From contig CAWGEP010000001.1 in assembly GCA_963821635.1 (NCBI GenBank), positions 613,157 through 677,156 on the forward strand: a stretch of 64,000 bases of DNA, written 5' to 3'. This document shows positions 1 to 9,055 of the stretch, in pieces. Each line of letters begins with the position of its first letter. Position 1 is the stretch's first letter. Position numbers and translations under genes: made by a program. The notes beneath the pieces are model-generated. The model was not told the DNA's origin. It ran no database searches and saw nothing but the letters and a program-made list of their open reading frames with translations. The DNA comes from an uncultured bacterium (GTDB lineage: Bacteria > Zixibacteria > MSB-5A5 > GN15 > FEB-12).

Positions 1-828
1 CAACTGCGGGTAGCCGTCGAGATTCTCGACCGGAATTTGCCAGCGGGCCAAAAAATTTCCCACGCTGACCGGATCGTTGACCCGTAGCAGAAGAAAATCG
101 GCGGCCGTGATCCGGCTTTGCATCCCCAGTCGGTTGAGGCCGGTGGCCACGCGAAGAGTCTCATCGTGCAACTCTTTCAGGCGTTTTCCCAGCGGACCAT
201 CGTTGTCCATCGTCAGGGCGATCGTGCGATACAAAGTATTGGAAATATTTTTGAAGCCGAGGTTTTCCCGGACTCTCGCCACCACGGGCGAGCTGGCGAC
301 CAGATACCCGGCATTGGCCGAGTTGATTCCAAAGGAGGCCGTGAAGGAGCGAAGCACCACTACATTTGGATATTTGTCCAACAGTGGGGTGGCCGTGATT
401 CCGAAGTAGTCGAAATAATATTCATCGACAATCAGCAATCCTTCACTGACCTTCTGGGCCAGCGCTTCCAGGTCGGCCAGACCGAAATTAGCTCCGGTGA
501 TGCGATTGGGATTCGCGACATAGAGAACGGCCCGGGACACATTCGTGACTTCGCGGACCGCTTCAGCATCTGAGGAAAATGGGGAGACCCCCAGCAGTTC
601 CCGTACTTTCAGGTCAGCCCGGTCGGCAGCGACGGCAATATCCGGCGAGGCATGGCCAAGGCTCAGCAGTTCGTCCTGATCGCCTCGAGCCATTTTCAAC
701 AGTTCGGGCATGAAATCATCGAACTCCGCAAAGGGCAGAACCATATCCGCGGAGACCATAAGTTTTCGCGCGAGCGATCCGGCGAGTTCATCGACTCGTT
801 CCGGCGAAACGGGGGGTACTAAACGCAT
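1..828 (-). CDS. Class I/II (fold-type I) aminotransferase-like protein, HisC-like; 3' end lies outside the window
   Basis: My own translation of the minus strand from ATG at 826-828 gives 276 codons with no stop down to position 1. It is absent from the ORF track because no stop lies in the window. RBS GGAAGGAAG lies upstream. Motifs YVANPNRITGANF and LRSFTASFGINSANAGYL resemble PNNPTG and LRTxSKAFGLAGLRxGY of histidinol-phosphate aminotransferases. Confidence 0.7.
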   Translation of the reverse strand, partial: MRLVPPVSPERVDELAGSLARKLMVSADMVLPFAEFDDFMPELLKMARGDQDELLSLGHASPDIAVAADRADLKVRELLGVSPFSSDAEAVREVTNVSRAVLYVANPNRITGANFGLADLEALAQKVSEGLLIVDEYYFDYFGITATPLLDKYPNVVVLRSFTASFGINSANAGYLVASSPVVARVRENLGFKNISNTLYRTIALTMDNDGPLGKRLKELHDETLRVATGLNRLGMQSRITAADFLLLRVNDPVSVGNFLARWQIPVENLDGYPQL

Positions 829-1081
829 CCTTGTCTTCCTTCCATGGCCGATCCATCGGCCGTCCTATCCCAGCCCCATTCCGGCCGCCATCCTTGGGCT
901 GGCCGGAGAGGAATTTGGGACTACTACACCAAGGACAATTCAACTCACGTGCCCGACTGTTTCGTTTTTGAACAGTTGATCTTAACCGATTATGATACAA
1001 GTGGTTATCGGATGGCGGGGGCCGTCGGATGGCCGAATTTGTCATCGGTTTGGCCCTGAACCAGAACTATTTTTCCGCCAG

Positions 1082-1103
1082 ATTGGGAATAAATTGGGAA
1101 TAA
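1082..1103. repeat. Perfect tandem duplication of the 11-mer ATTGGGAATAA
   Basis: Read directly: gATTGGGAATAAATTGGGAATAAc, in the intergenic region upstream of the HisC-like gene. Confidence 0.9.
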
Positions 1104-1115
1104 CAGGTTGGATTA

Positions 1116-1152
1116 AGAAAAAGCCGGCGTGTCCTGCTCGACATCGCCGGCT
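1116..1152 (-). terminator. Rho-independent terminator downstream of the polysaccharide export gene
   Basis: On the minus strand: AGCCGGCG, a 15-nt loop, CGCCGGCT, then TTTTTCTTAA. It lies about 64 nt after the stop at 1216. Confidence 0.6.
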
Positions 1153-1215
1153 GCTGGTAGGAAGGTGAGACTGTAAAGGCGAAAGCTTGAATTCTACCTC
1201 TCGAATATCTTTTGC

Positions 1216-3546
1216 TCAAAGTTTAGTGATCAAGAGTACCGTCGTTAGTATACTCGTCGTGGCGGCCAGGGTGGTTGTGACTGACTTGAACCAATCGTGT
1301 TCCTGTTGAATTTTGGTCGGTACGACGATTAAGTCGCCGACTTCCACTTTGCGGCCAAGCACCCCTCCTCCGGCGAATACTGAACCGTTGGCTTTGATCA
1401 GGCGGGTTCCGCCTTTGTCGGCGCGCGGAGTGAAATTGCCGGCGGCATCGACATAGTACCGAACTTTCTTATCCGCTTCATACTTGATTGTCCCGGTCGC
1501 CCCGACTGCCCCCATGACGGTGATACCGGAAGGGACCGGCGGAATGTAAATGCGATCCCCCGGCTGAAGCACGAGATCCCCGCGCTTGCCGTCGGAATTG
1601 AGGATCCGGTCAAAATCTATTACGATGCGGTTGACCAGGCTGGAATCGTAGGTCATCACCATCTGCGAGTCGACTTGTCCGGTGGAATCCTTGAGGATCG
1701 GCTTGCTGTTTTCCAGAATCTTGGGAATCTGCAGGCGCTGTAATTCTCGATCGATCGTGGCCCGCTCGAAGATCACTCCCCGCGGAAAGGCGCTTCGGGT
1801 AAAGCCGCCCGCCCGTTTCAACAGGTTGTACAGAGTTTCATCGCGATCCGAGATCACATATTCTCCCGGAAACTGCACTTCCCCTTCGAGCTTTACCGTC
1901 CGGTGTAATTGCCATTCCGGGATCGTCCTGATATAAAGCCGGTCATCGTCCTGAAGCTTCTCTTTGGCGCTCGAGGTGTCATTTAGGGGCACGTATTCGA
2001 TATTCACGTTTCCGAGCGAGTCAGTGCGGGCAATTTCTCCCTGGAGACGGGAGGCAGCCCGGGTAAACGAGCCGGCCAGAAAGATCAGATCATTGACCGT
2101 CATGTGGTCATAGAGCGGGTAGCTGCCGGGACGCTTTACTTCGCCGCCGATATACACCTGTTTGTCTCTCTGGACATCCTGGATGGCGTAAATTTGGATT
2201 GAATCCCGGTCGGTCAGGAGAATGTTTTGAGTCTTGTCGCCGTTCAGGACAGCCTTGAGATCGATCGGCATAACTTCCACCCGGCGGTCCGGAAACTGGC
2301 GGAACAGATCGGCGCGCTCGTAATAGACATCGTAGTCCTGGAGTTGGCCGCGTTGGAGGATATCCAGAATGCGGGTCGAGTCGTTCCGTTCGTAGTAGCC
2401 GGGATGTTTTACTTTCCCGGAGATCGATACCATGTTGGTCTTGACGTCATAAATGGAGTAGACCGTCATGCGGTCCCCGTCCGTCAGGGGAACATCGCTG
2501 ACCGGCCTGGTTGAATTTTTGTTCAGATTCAAATCTACCACTTCCCATTCCCCTTTGGCGGAAATCCGTTCCAGGAGCACCCGGTCCAGATGGGCCTGCG
2601 GGGTGGGATTGCCGGCCAGACCGAGAAGCTGCATGGCGGTTTCGCCGCTGCGCAACTCGTAAACAGCCGGGCGGCGAATTTCACCGCGAATCGCTACCCG
2701 TGCGCCGGCCACCGGGACAAAAATGGCGTCGCCGCTTTCGAGCCGGACATCCGAAGTGTTGTCTCCCTGAAGCAGAAAGCGATACAAATCGAGGGTGGCC
2801 GAGACTTTACCGCTTCGCATGAGCCGTATATCCCGCATGGAACCATTGTTGTTCGGTCCCCCCGCGAGATACAGGGCATTGAACAGCGAGGTGAGCGAAG
2901 AAACCGTGTAAGCGCCCGGCAGGTTGACTTCACCGGTCACATAAATGCGAATAGAGCGAATCTTGCCGAGCGAGGCGTTCATTTGAAAATCGGAGTACAC
3001 GGCCGTCAGTTTCTTGCGCACATAACTCTTGAAATCATCTAGGGATTTCCCCCAGGCGCTGATTTCTCCCACTTTCGGGATGAACACTTTCCCTTCGCGG
3101 TCGACCGTCAGGTCATATTCCTGTTCGACCCGCCCCCAGAGACTGACGATCACATTGTCTCCCGGTCCCAGGATATAGTCGCCGCTTGAGGCGATATCCG
3201 CCGGGGGAGTGGTTTCCCTCGGGCCGCCGAACAGCTCCTGGCCAAACGGCTTGAGCTCCTCAAACGGGGTCATTCTATCTTTCGGGACCGTTACCGAGTC
3301 CGGGCTCTTGGCCTGTTTTTCGGGACGGACCGGTGTGCCGACCGCATCACTGGTGTCAAAGATTTTCGGGGTGCGGTAATGATCGGAATCGCGACTCGTG
3401 TCGGCCAGCCGACCCTGGTACTTCTGGAGCAGAGAAGCTTTCTGGTGGTCGGACAGGGTCGACAGATCCTGGGCCATCAGTTCGCGGAACCAGTTCAGCG
3501 AGACCAGAATGATCACGATGATGATAAGAAACAGCAGTTTTCGCAT
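1216..3546 (-). CDS. Polysaccharide biosynthesis/export protein (Wza-like Poly_export domain plus multiple SLBB domains)
   Basis: ORF 1216..3897. I trimmed the start to the internal ATG at 3546 (MRKLLFLIIIVIILVSL signal/anchor) because GGAAGGTGG precedes it. PGDNVIVSLWGRVEQEYDLTVDREGKVFIPKVGEISAWGKSL is a typical Poly_export motif, followed by repeated SLBB-like units. Confidence 0.85.
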   Translation of the reverse strand: MRKLLFLIIIVIILVSLNWFRELMAQDLSTLSDHQKASLLQKYQGRLADTSRDSDHYRTPKIFDTSDAVGTPVRPEKQAKSPDSVTVPKDRMTPFEELKPFGQELFGGPRETTPPADIASSGDYILGPGDNVIVSLWGRVEQEYDLTVDREGKVFIPKVGEISAWGKSLDDFKSYVRKKLTAVYSDFQMNASLGKIRSIRIYVTGEVNLPGAYTVSSLTSLFNALYLAGGPNNNGSMRDIRLMRSGKVSATLDLYRFLLQGDNTSDVRLESGDAIFVPVAGARVAIRGEIRRPAVYELRSGETAMQLLGLAGNPTPQAHLDRVLLERISAKGEWEVVDLNLNKNSTRPVSDVPLTDGDRMTVYSIYDVKTNMVSISGKVKHPGYYERNDSTRILDILQRGQLQDYDVYYERADLFRQFPDRRVEVMPIDLKAVLNGDKTQNILLTDRDSIQIYAIQDVQRDKQVYIGGEVKRPGSYPLYDHMTVNDLIFLAGSFTRAASRLQGEIARTDSLGNVNIEYVPLNDTSSAKEKLQDDDRLYIRTIPEWQLHRTVKLEGEVQFPGEYVISDRDETLYNLLKRAGGFTRSAFPRGVIFERATIDRELQRLQIPKILENSKPILKDSTGQVDSQMVMTYDSSLVNRIVIDFDRILNSDGKRGDLVLQPGDRIYIPPVPSGITVMGAVGATGTIKYEADKKVRYYVDAAGNFTPRADKGGTRLIKANGSVFAGGGVLGRKVEVGDLIVVPTKIQQEHDWFKSVTTTLAATTSILTTVLLITKL

Positions 3547-4188
3547 TGCCACCTTCCTATGGTATTCGTGCGATACGTTTATGGCCGCAGTGCGGCCGGT
3601 CGCACAGATGCCTGAGCAAGCCGGGTGCCGGGCCTGATCCCGGCGTGACAACCGCTTGTTATCCAACCGACTATCCGTTCGGTGAATCAGCGGCAGCTCG
3701 CCTGACAAAGCGCCACCGGGTAAATCATTCCGATCAGTCGGTCCTCTTTTTTCCGGAGCGATATTGATTTTCACGATGGAAGAGCGAGTAACGGGAAAAC
3801 GTCGAATACTTGAGGCAATCGTACTAACTGCAACGGGACCAAGCGATTTGAGTTTACTAAAGTCGATCAATGTGGAGTCCGGCAAGTTGTATTCCACATT
3901 TGCCGGTCTGGCACGTCTGAGTTGGTGATAAGTGATGATTCTACATTGGTTTATTGCGCTCGCACCGGGACAAAAAGAACCCCGGAACGCTTGACAACAG
4001 ATAGTGCCGGTTGTAACTTGGCACCCTGTTTTTGGAATGGATTAGTGTAGTCGCTCGAAATTGGTTAAACGAACACGATCGGCGTTGAATGATAGGTTTG
4101 ATATCGACCGGGTCCCGCCTCCGCACCCCCGCGCGGCCCGTAACATCTCGGAAAATCAAAGAAAGTGCTTTGCATAATGGAGAATAGG

Positions 4189-5676
4189 ATGGGGATAATT
4201 CGACTCGTTGCCGGCGCCCTGTTGGCCATCGCATTGCTGTCTTCCCTCGCTCTCGCCAGTGGCTTTGAGACCACCGGGCTGGGTTGGAAGGCGCGCGCGA
4301 TGGGTGGCGCTTTCACGGCTATCGCTGATGACTGGACGGCTGCTTATTACAACCCCGCCGGATATGCCTGGATTAAGGACAATCAGTTCGGCGGCAACTC
4401 GGCCTTTTTGCATTTCCGCAACTCCCTCAACCCGAATTATGCCTTCGGAGGGATTGCCGACTCCACCGGCTACTTCAACGGCCGCCAGATCAATAACAAG
4501 TTTGAGGTTCTTTCAAACCCGTCCGCCGGTGTGCTCACCCGGATGCCGCTCTGGGGCGAGACCGTCATTGGGTTTTCGATCTACGAGCTGTTTGACCAGA
4601 ATATCACCTGGAATCTCTTCCGCCCGCTTGACGCGTACAATGACTCGCTCAACGGAGCGCTGCCTCCGAAGGAATTCTACAACAATCTGGATGTCGTCGC
4701 TTTCCAGTTGACGATCGCCCACGAGTTCATGAAGGATAAGCTCTCCGGTGGAATCGGCCTCCAGCTGCTTCGCGGGGATTTGGTTTATAATACCATGACC
4801 TTCCGGCCCAATCCGATTCATGACTCCATCGCTTCCCAGAGCATCAACTACCGTCCCTTCGACCAGATTCCCGAGTTCAGCTCCCAGGACGGTAACGGCT
4901 GGGGTTTCGGCTTCCGCGCCGGTCTCCTCTGGAAAGCCACTAACCGGGTGAATGTCGGTCTCACCGCGGCCGTGCCGTTTGATATCACGATCAAGGGGAA
5001 CAGCTCGCTGTCATTCTTCATGCCGTATATTCGGGCCGATCTCCGCACCGGCTCCACCATCTATCCCGGCACGGTGAAATATCTTTTTGTCGCCGGCGAG
5101 AAGCTTGACCTGAACGGCAACTACTCCACGAAGCTTCGCATGCCGCCATCGTTTACGGCCGGCATCGCCTATAGCGTCAACGACAAGCTGACCTTGGATC
5201 TCGATGCCCAGTACACCATGTGGTCGCAGTTCAAGGGCTTTGATTTCATTTATTCCAATCTCCTTGCCGAAAACCGGGTTATGGACTCGGCCGCTGTCCG
5301 CGGCTTCTTCAATTCCAATCTGTCCAGTCCGGTCAAGTGGTCCGATGCCGGCAAGATTGCTCTCGGCGGCATGTATGAACTGGACAAGACGGTCACCTTG
5401 CTGGCCGGCGCGTTTTACGACGGCAGCGCCGACAAGGATAACGCCGGCGTGGTTCCCCAGATGGCCGATCTTGGAAGCAAGGTCGGCATCAATGGCGGAA
5501 TTACCGTGCATCTGCAGCAATGGGATCTCGGATTCTCGACCAGCTACACGCACTATCCCGACCTGGTGGTATCCGGGTTGCAGGATCTAAATGGCGACGG
5601 TATCAACGACAACGTGCCGGGCAGCTACAAAGCCCAGACGTACGAGAGTGTGTTCTCGGTAATCTATCGGTTCTAG
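4189..5676 (+). CDS. Outer-membrane beta-barrel transport protein, OMPP1/FadL/TodX-like
   Basis: ORF 4165..5676. ATG at 4189 follows GGAGAA. It has a signal peptide (MGIIRLVAGALLAIALLSSLALA) and an N-terminal GFETTGLGWKARAMGGAFTAIADDWTAAYYNPAG motif typical of FadL-family porins. The C-terminus ends in aromatic residues, ...VFSVIYRF. Confidence 0.8.
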   Translation: MGIIRLVAGALLAIALLSSLALASGFETTGLGWKARAMGGAFTAIADDWTAAYYNPAGYAWIKDNQFGGNSAFLHFRNSLNPNYAFGGIADSTGYFNGRQINNKFEVLSNPSAGVLTRMPLWGETVIGFSIYELFDQNITWNLFRPLDAYNDSLNGALPPKEFYNNLDVVAFQLTIAHEFMKDKLSGGIGLQLLRGDLVYNTMTFRPNPIHDSIASQSINYRPFDQIPEFSSQDGNGWGFGFRAGLLWKATNRVNVGLTAAVPFDITIKGNSSLSFFMPYIRADLRTGSTIYPGTVKYLFVAGEKLDLNGNYSTKLRMPPSFTAGIAYSVNDKLTLDLDAQYTMWSQFKGFDFIYSNLLAENRVMDSAAVRGFFNSNLSSPVKWSDAGKIALGGMYELDKTVTLLAGAFYDGSADKDNAGVVPQMADLGSKVGINGGITVHLQQWDLGFSTSYTHYPDLVVSGLQDLNGDGINDNVPGSYKAQTYESVFSVIYRF

Positions 5677-5685
5677 GAGAAGCGA

Positions 5686-7026
5686 ATGATGAAGAAGCAA
5701 GTTATCAGCCTGATATTGACCGCAGTGGCGGTCCTGCTGCTCGTCGTGAGTTGCTCCGACCGCGGCACGAATGTTCCGAGCGCCTCGTTTGACGGCACGT
5801 TTGCCGAAGGGATCGACAGCCACGTGTTCGTGGATTCCCTTTCCAACGGCGCCCGGCAGTTGCTCCTGCAGATCGGCAATGCCGCCGCCAACGAACTCCA
5901 ACTGCGCTATTATCTGCCCGACTCAAACGTGACCAATGTCCCGGACAAGTGGAAAGGGAAAAAGATGCCGGTGGTGATTCTACTGGCGCCTCAGGATGCC
6001 GATGCCAGCTACTTTTACGCCCATGGCTTGATGCAGTTGGCCAACGAAATGGTCGCCAACGGGACGATCCGCCCGATGTTAATTGTCATGGTCCCCAATG
6101 ACCGGGTTTTCGGCGGCTACTTCTACGGCAATAGTGATCCGGCCGGCTACTACGATGAAATTATCGACAGTGCCCTGATCGACTATGTCGAGAATCGGGC
6201 TTTCTTTGCCTATGCGATCGGTGACTCGCTGCACCGCGGTATCGGCGGTTTCGGCCAGGGAGCCTACGGCGCCTATCGCGCCGTCCTAAAGCGCCCCGGC
6301 GCCTTTTCCGTGGTCGCCACCAACGACGGCCCGTTGGACTTCGACGGAGAGAGCGGCAGCGGCGGCCTTGTTCCGCTCTTTGCTCAGGCCATGGCCGAGC
6401 AGGGGCTCACCGCGGCCACCTATAAGAATTTTGACAGCTCGCTGGCCTGGCCGATCTCGCGCATGCTGATCGGCGGCTCGCTGGCCTTCTCCCCGCACAT
6501 TACCCAGGTCCGGGACAGCCTCGTGTTCACCGGCGGGAACCCGCCGCGGAAGACCTTCCTCAAAGTGCTCGATACGATCCCTGACACCACCACCCTGATA
6601 ACCAAGTGTATTGATGGCCAGTCGCTGGGTCAGATCTACGTTAATCCGGGTGTCGGAAACATTAACTGGGATTTCCATCTCCCCTTTGACGCCAACGGCC
6701 AGCCGTATCGCGGCGACGGACCGGGCGCACCGAATGATATTTGGGGGCGCTGGCTCGCCAACAACCCTGAAGAAATGCTGACCGCCGCTCCCACTGCGCT
6801 CACGGGCGTCAAGATGTGGTTTGCCACCTCATCGCAGTCCGAGTTTGGTTTCTACGACCAGACCCAATCCTGGATTAAGACTGTGAAGGCCAACCCCTCG
6901 TTTGCACCCAATGTTACGGAGCGCCCGTTCAGCGGGTACCCGGGGAATCCGACGACGAACGGCCAATACACCTATGACGTTCTGCGCGAGATGCTGATCT
7001 TCTTCTCGAACAGTTTCCCGCAGTGA
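5686..7026 (+). CDS. Lipoprotein, putative-esterase (esterase D / enterochelin esterase, PF00756-like) fold
   Basis: It has a lipobox (LLLVVSCSD). VVILLAPQDADASYFYAHG...MLIVMVPND...GIGGFGQGAYGAYRAVLKRPGAFSVV resembles the putative-esterase family. It starts 9 nt after the FadL-like gene, so the two likely form an operon. Confidence 0.7.
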   Translation: MMKKQVISLILTAVAVLLLVVSCSDRGTNVPSASFDGTFAEGIDSHVFVDSLSNGARQLLLQIGNAAANELQLRYYLPDSNVTNVPDKWKGKKMPVVILLAPQDADASYFYAHGLMQLANEMVANGTIRPMLIVMVPNDRVFGGYFYGNSDPAGYYDEIIDSALIDYVENRAFFAYAIGDSLHRGIGGFGQGAYGAYRAVLKRPGAFSVVATNDGPLDFDGESGSGGLVPLFAQAMAEQGLTAATYKNFDSSLAWPISRMLIGGSLAFSPHITQVRDSLVFTGGNPPRKTFLKVLDTIPDTTTLITKCIDGQSLGQIYVNPGVGNINWDFHLPFDANGQPYRGDGPGAPNDIWGRWLANNPEEMLTAAPTALTGVKMWFATSSQSEFGFYDQTQSWIKTVKANPSFAPNVTERPFSGYPGNPTTNGQYTYDVLREMLIFFSNSFPQ

Positions 7027-7046
7027 TCTGATTTAATTGAGTTCAC

Positions 7047-7078
7047 GGCCCGGAGAGATTCTTCTCCGGGCCTTTTTT
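7047..7078 (+). terminator. Rho-independent terminator
   Basis: GGCCCGGAGA, loop gattct, TCTCCGGGCC, then TTTTTT, immediately after the stop at 7026. Confidence 0.9.
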
Positions 7079-7094
7079 AAACACGGAGTTTGCC

Positions 7095-7817
7095 ATGGAT
7101 AGTTCTCCGAAGTACGATCTGCTCTCGATCGGCGCCCATCCGGACGATATCGAAGTCGGCACCGGCGGGGTGCTCATTGACCTGACCAAGCGCGGCTACA
7201 AATGCGGCATCGTCATCATGACCGAGGGGGAGATGGGGACCGGCGGAACGGCGGAAATCCGCGCGCAGGAAGTTCGCGACGCAGCCAAAGTTCTGGGAGT
7301 GGATATTATTGAGACCTTCAACTGGGGGGACACCCGGCTGGAAGATTCGTATGACAAACGGCTGGAACTGGCCCGAATTATCAGGAAGGCCCGCCCGAAA
7401 ATCCTCCTGGCTCCCTATCCGCACGTCGGCCACGGCCGGCGGCAATCCCATCCGGACCATGTGGCTTCAGGAGTGATCGCCATTAACGGAGCGAATTTGG
7501 CGGCCCTGAAGAAAATCGACACGCCCGGAGATCCGCACCTGGTGACCCGGATCTTCCACTATTTCCTGCCCCCCGGGGTGACGCCGAATTTTGTCGTGGA
7601 TATTACGCCGCATTATGACCAGTGGATCGCCGCTCTCTCCGCCCATCGCTCCCAGTTTCTCAACCCGGAAAAGAGGCGGGACTATATCGAGCAGCTTTCC
7701 GCCATGGCCCGTTCGTTTGGGCTTCAGGCCCGCTGCAAGTATGGTCAGGGATTCTACGCGGTCGAGCCGATCCTGGTCAAAGATATGCTCACGCTGGCGG
7801 CCGAAGACAACAGTTGA
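7095..7817 (+). CDS. PIG-L/LmbE family deacetylase, BshB1-like
   Basis: LLSIGAHPDDIEVGTGGVLIDLTKRGYKCGIVIMTEGEMGTGGTAEIRAQEVRDAAKVLG matches the AHPDD...G.GG signature and BshB1-type N-terminus. Confidence 0.8.
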   Translation: MDSSPKYDLLSIGAHPDDIEVGTGGVLIDLTKRGYKCGIVIMTEGEMGTGGTAEIRAQEVRDAAKVLGVDIIETFNWGDTRLEDSYDKRLELARIIRKARPKILLAPYPHVGHGRRQSHPDHVASGVIAINGANLAALKKIDTPGDPHLVTRIFHYFLPPGVTPNFVVDITPHYDQWIAALSAHRSQFLNPEKRRDYIEQLSAMARSFGLQARCKYGQGFYAVEPILVKDMLTLAAEDNS

Positions 7818-7829
7818 ACCCGGTGTCGC

Positions 7830-9005
7830 TCAGACTCTTTTGACCTTCGTCCGAATCGCCTCAAAGGCTTTTCGCAGATCAATAAGCAGATCGTCGATAT
7901 GCTCTATCCCGACCGACAGCCGCACCAGGCTGTCCGTAATCCCGAATTTTTCGCGGACTTCTTTGGGAATCGACGAGTGCGTCATCGAGGCCGGGTGGTT
8001 GATCAACGATTCAACGCCTCCGAGCGACTCCGCCAGCACAAACACTTCGGTCGCCATGACAAAGGCTTTGACTGATTCAAAATCCGCTTTCAACGTAAAC
8101 GTCACCATGCCGCCCGGCATGGTCATGCCATTGGCCACGGCTTTGCCGTCATGCCCCGGGAAGTAGATTTTGTCGACCAGATCCATGGTCTCGAGAAATT
8201 CGACCACTTTCATGGCGTTGAACGAGTGCCGCTCCATCCGCACATGCAGAGTCTTGAGACCTCGTAGCACCAACCAGGAATCAAAGGGACCAAGGGTGCC
8301 CCCGACAGCGTACTGGTTGAACCGGACTTTTTCGGCCAGCGCTTCATCTTTGACTACCAGGGCACCGGCGATAACGTCACAATGACCGGCGAGATATTTG
8401 GACGCCGAGTGATGCACGATATCGGCTCCCAGCTCCAGCGGCCGCTGAATAAACGGGGTGGCGAAGGTGTTGTCGACTCCCACCAGAATTCCGTGCCCTT
8501 TGGCAATCTTGGCGACCGCCGCGATATCAACCAGATACAGAAGGGGGTTGGTCGGCGACTCCAGCCAGAACAATTTGGTATTTGGTTTGACCGCCCTGCC
8601 AAAGTTCTGCGGATCGCGCCCATCGACATAGCTGAAATCCAGATTGAAATTCCGCATGAGGCGCTCAAACAGCCGCCGGGTGCCGCCATAAAGATCATCG
8701 ACTGCGACCACGTGGTCCCCGGACTTGAGCAAATCAAGCACGGCATTCAGCGCCGCCAGGCCCGAGGCAAAAGCAAATCCGTGGCTGCCGTTTTCGAGCG
8801 CCGCCAGCGCTTTTTCCAGCGCGAGCCTCGTGGGATTGGACCAGCGGGAATAGACATACCCGGATTCATCCCCGGGGAATCCGACACGATAGGTCGAACT
8901 CGGGAAAATCGGCGTGCTGACCGAGCCGGTCTGATCCTCCGGAACCTGTCCGGAGTGAATCGCCTTGGTTTCAAATTTGAAATTGTTGAATCTGCTGGAA
9001 CTCAT
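7830..9005 (-). CDS. Cys/Met-metabolism PLP enzyme (cystathionine gamma-lyase / gamma-synthase family)
   Basis: ORF 7830..9083. I trimmed the start to the ATG at 9005 (MSSSRFNNFKFETKAIHSGQ), which follows AGGTGG and avoids overlap with the upstream gene. The family is recognisable from FETKAIHSG, SGLAA, HSASKYLAGH (PLP lysine) and ESLGGVESL. Confidence 0.85.
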   Translation of the reverse strand: MSSSRFNNFKFETKAIHSGQVPEDQTGSVSTPIFPSSTYRVGFPGDESGYVYSRWSNPTRLALEKALAALENGSHGFAFASGLAALNAVLDLLKSGDHVVAVDDLYGGTRRLFERLMRNFNLDFSYVDGRDPQNFGRAVKPNTKLFWLESPTNPLLYLVDIAAVAKIAKGHGILVGVDNTFATPFIQRPLELGADIVHHSASKYLAGHCDVIAGALVVKDEALAEKVRFNQYAVGGTLGPFDSWLVLRGLKTLHVRMERHSFNAMKVVEFLETMDLVDKIYFPGHDGKAVANGMTMPGGMVTFTLKADFESVKAFVMATEVFVLAESLGGVESLINHPASMTHSSIPKEVREKFGITDSLVRLSVGIEHIDDLLIDLRKAFEAIRTKVKRV

Positions 9006-9055
9006 GGACCACCTGTACTCAAAATCTATGTTGACCGTTCCGAGAGGCTCGAGGC

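Noticed and set aside
3990-4030. Sigma54-like promoter (TGGCACcctgtTTTTGG) upstream of the FadL-like gene
   Set aside because: The -12 element lacks the conserved GC (it reads TTTT where TTGC is expected).
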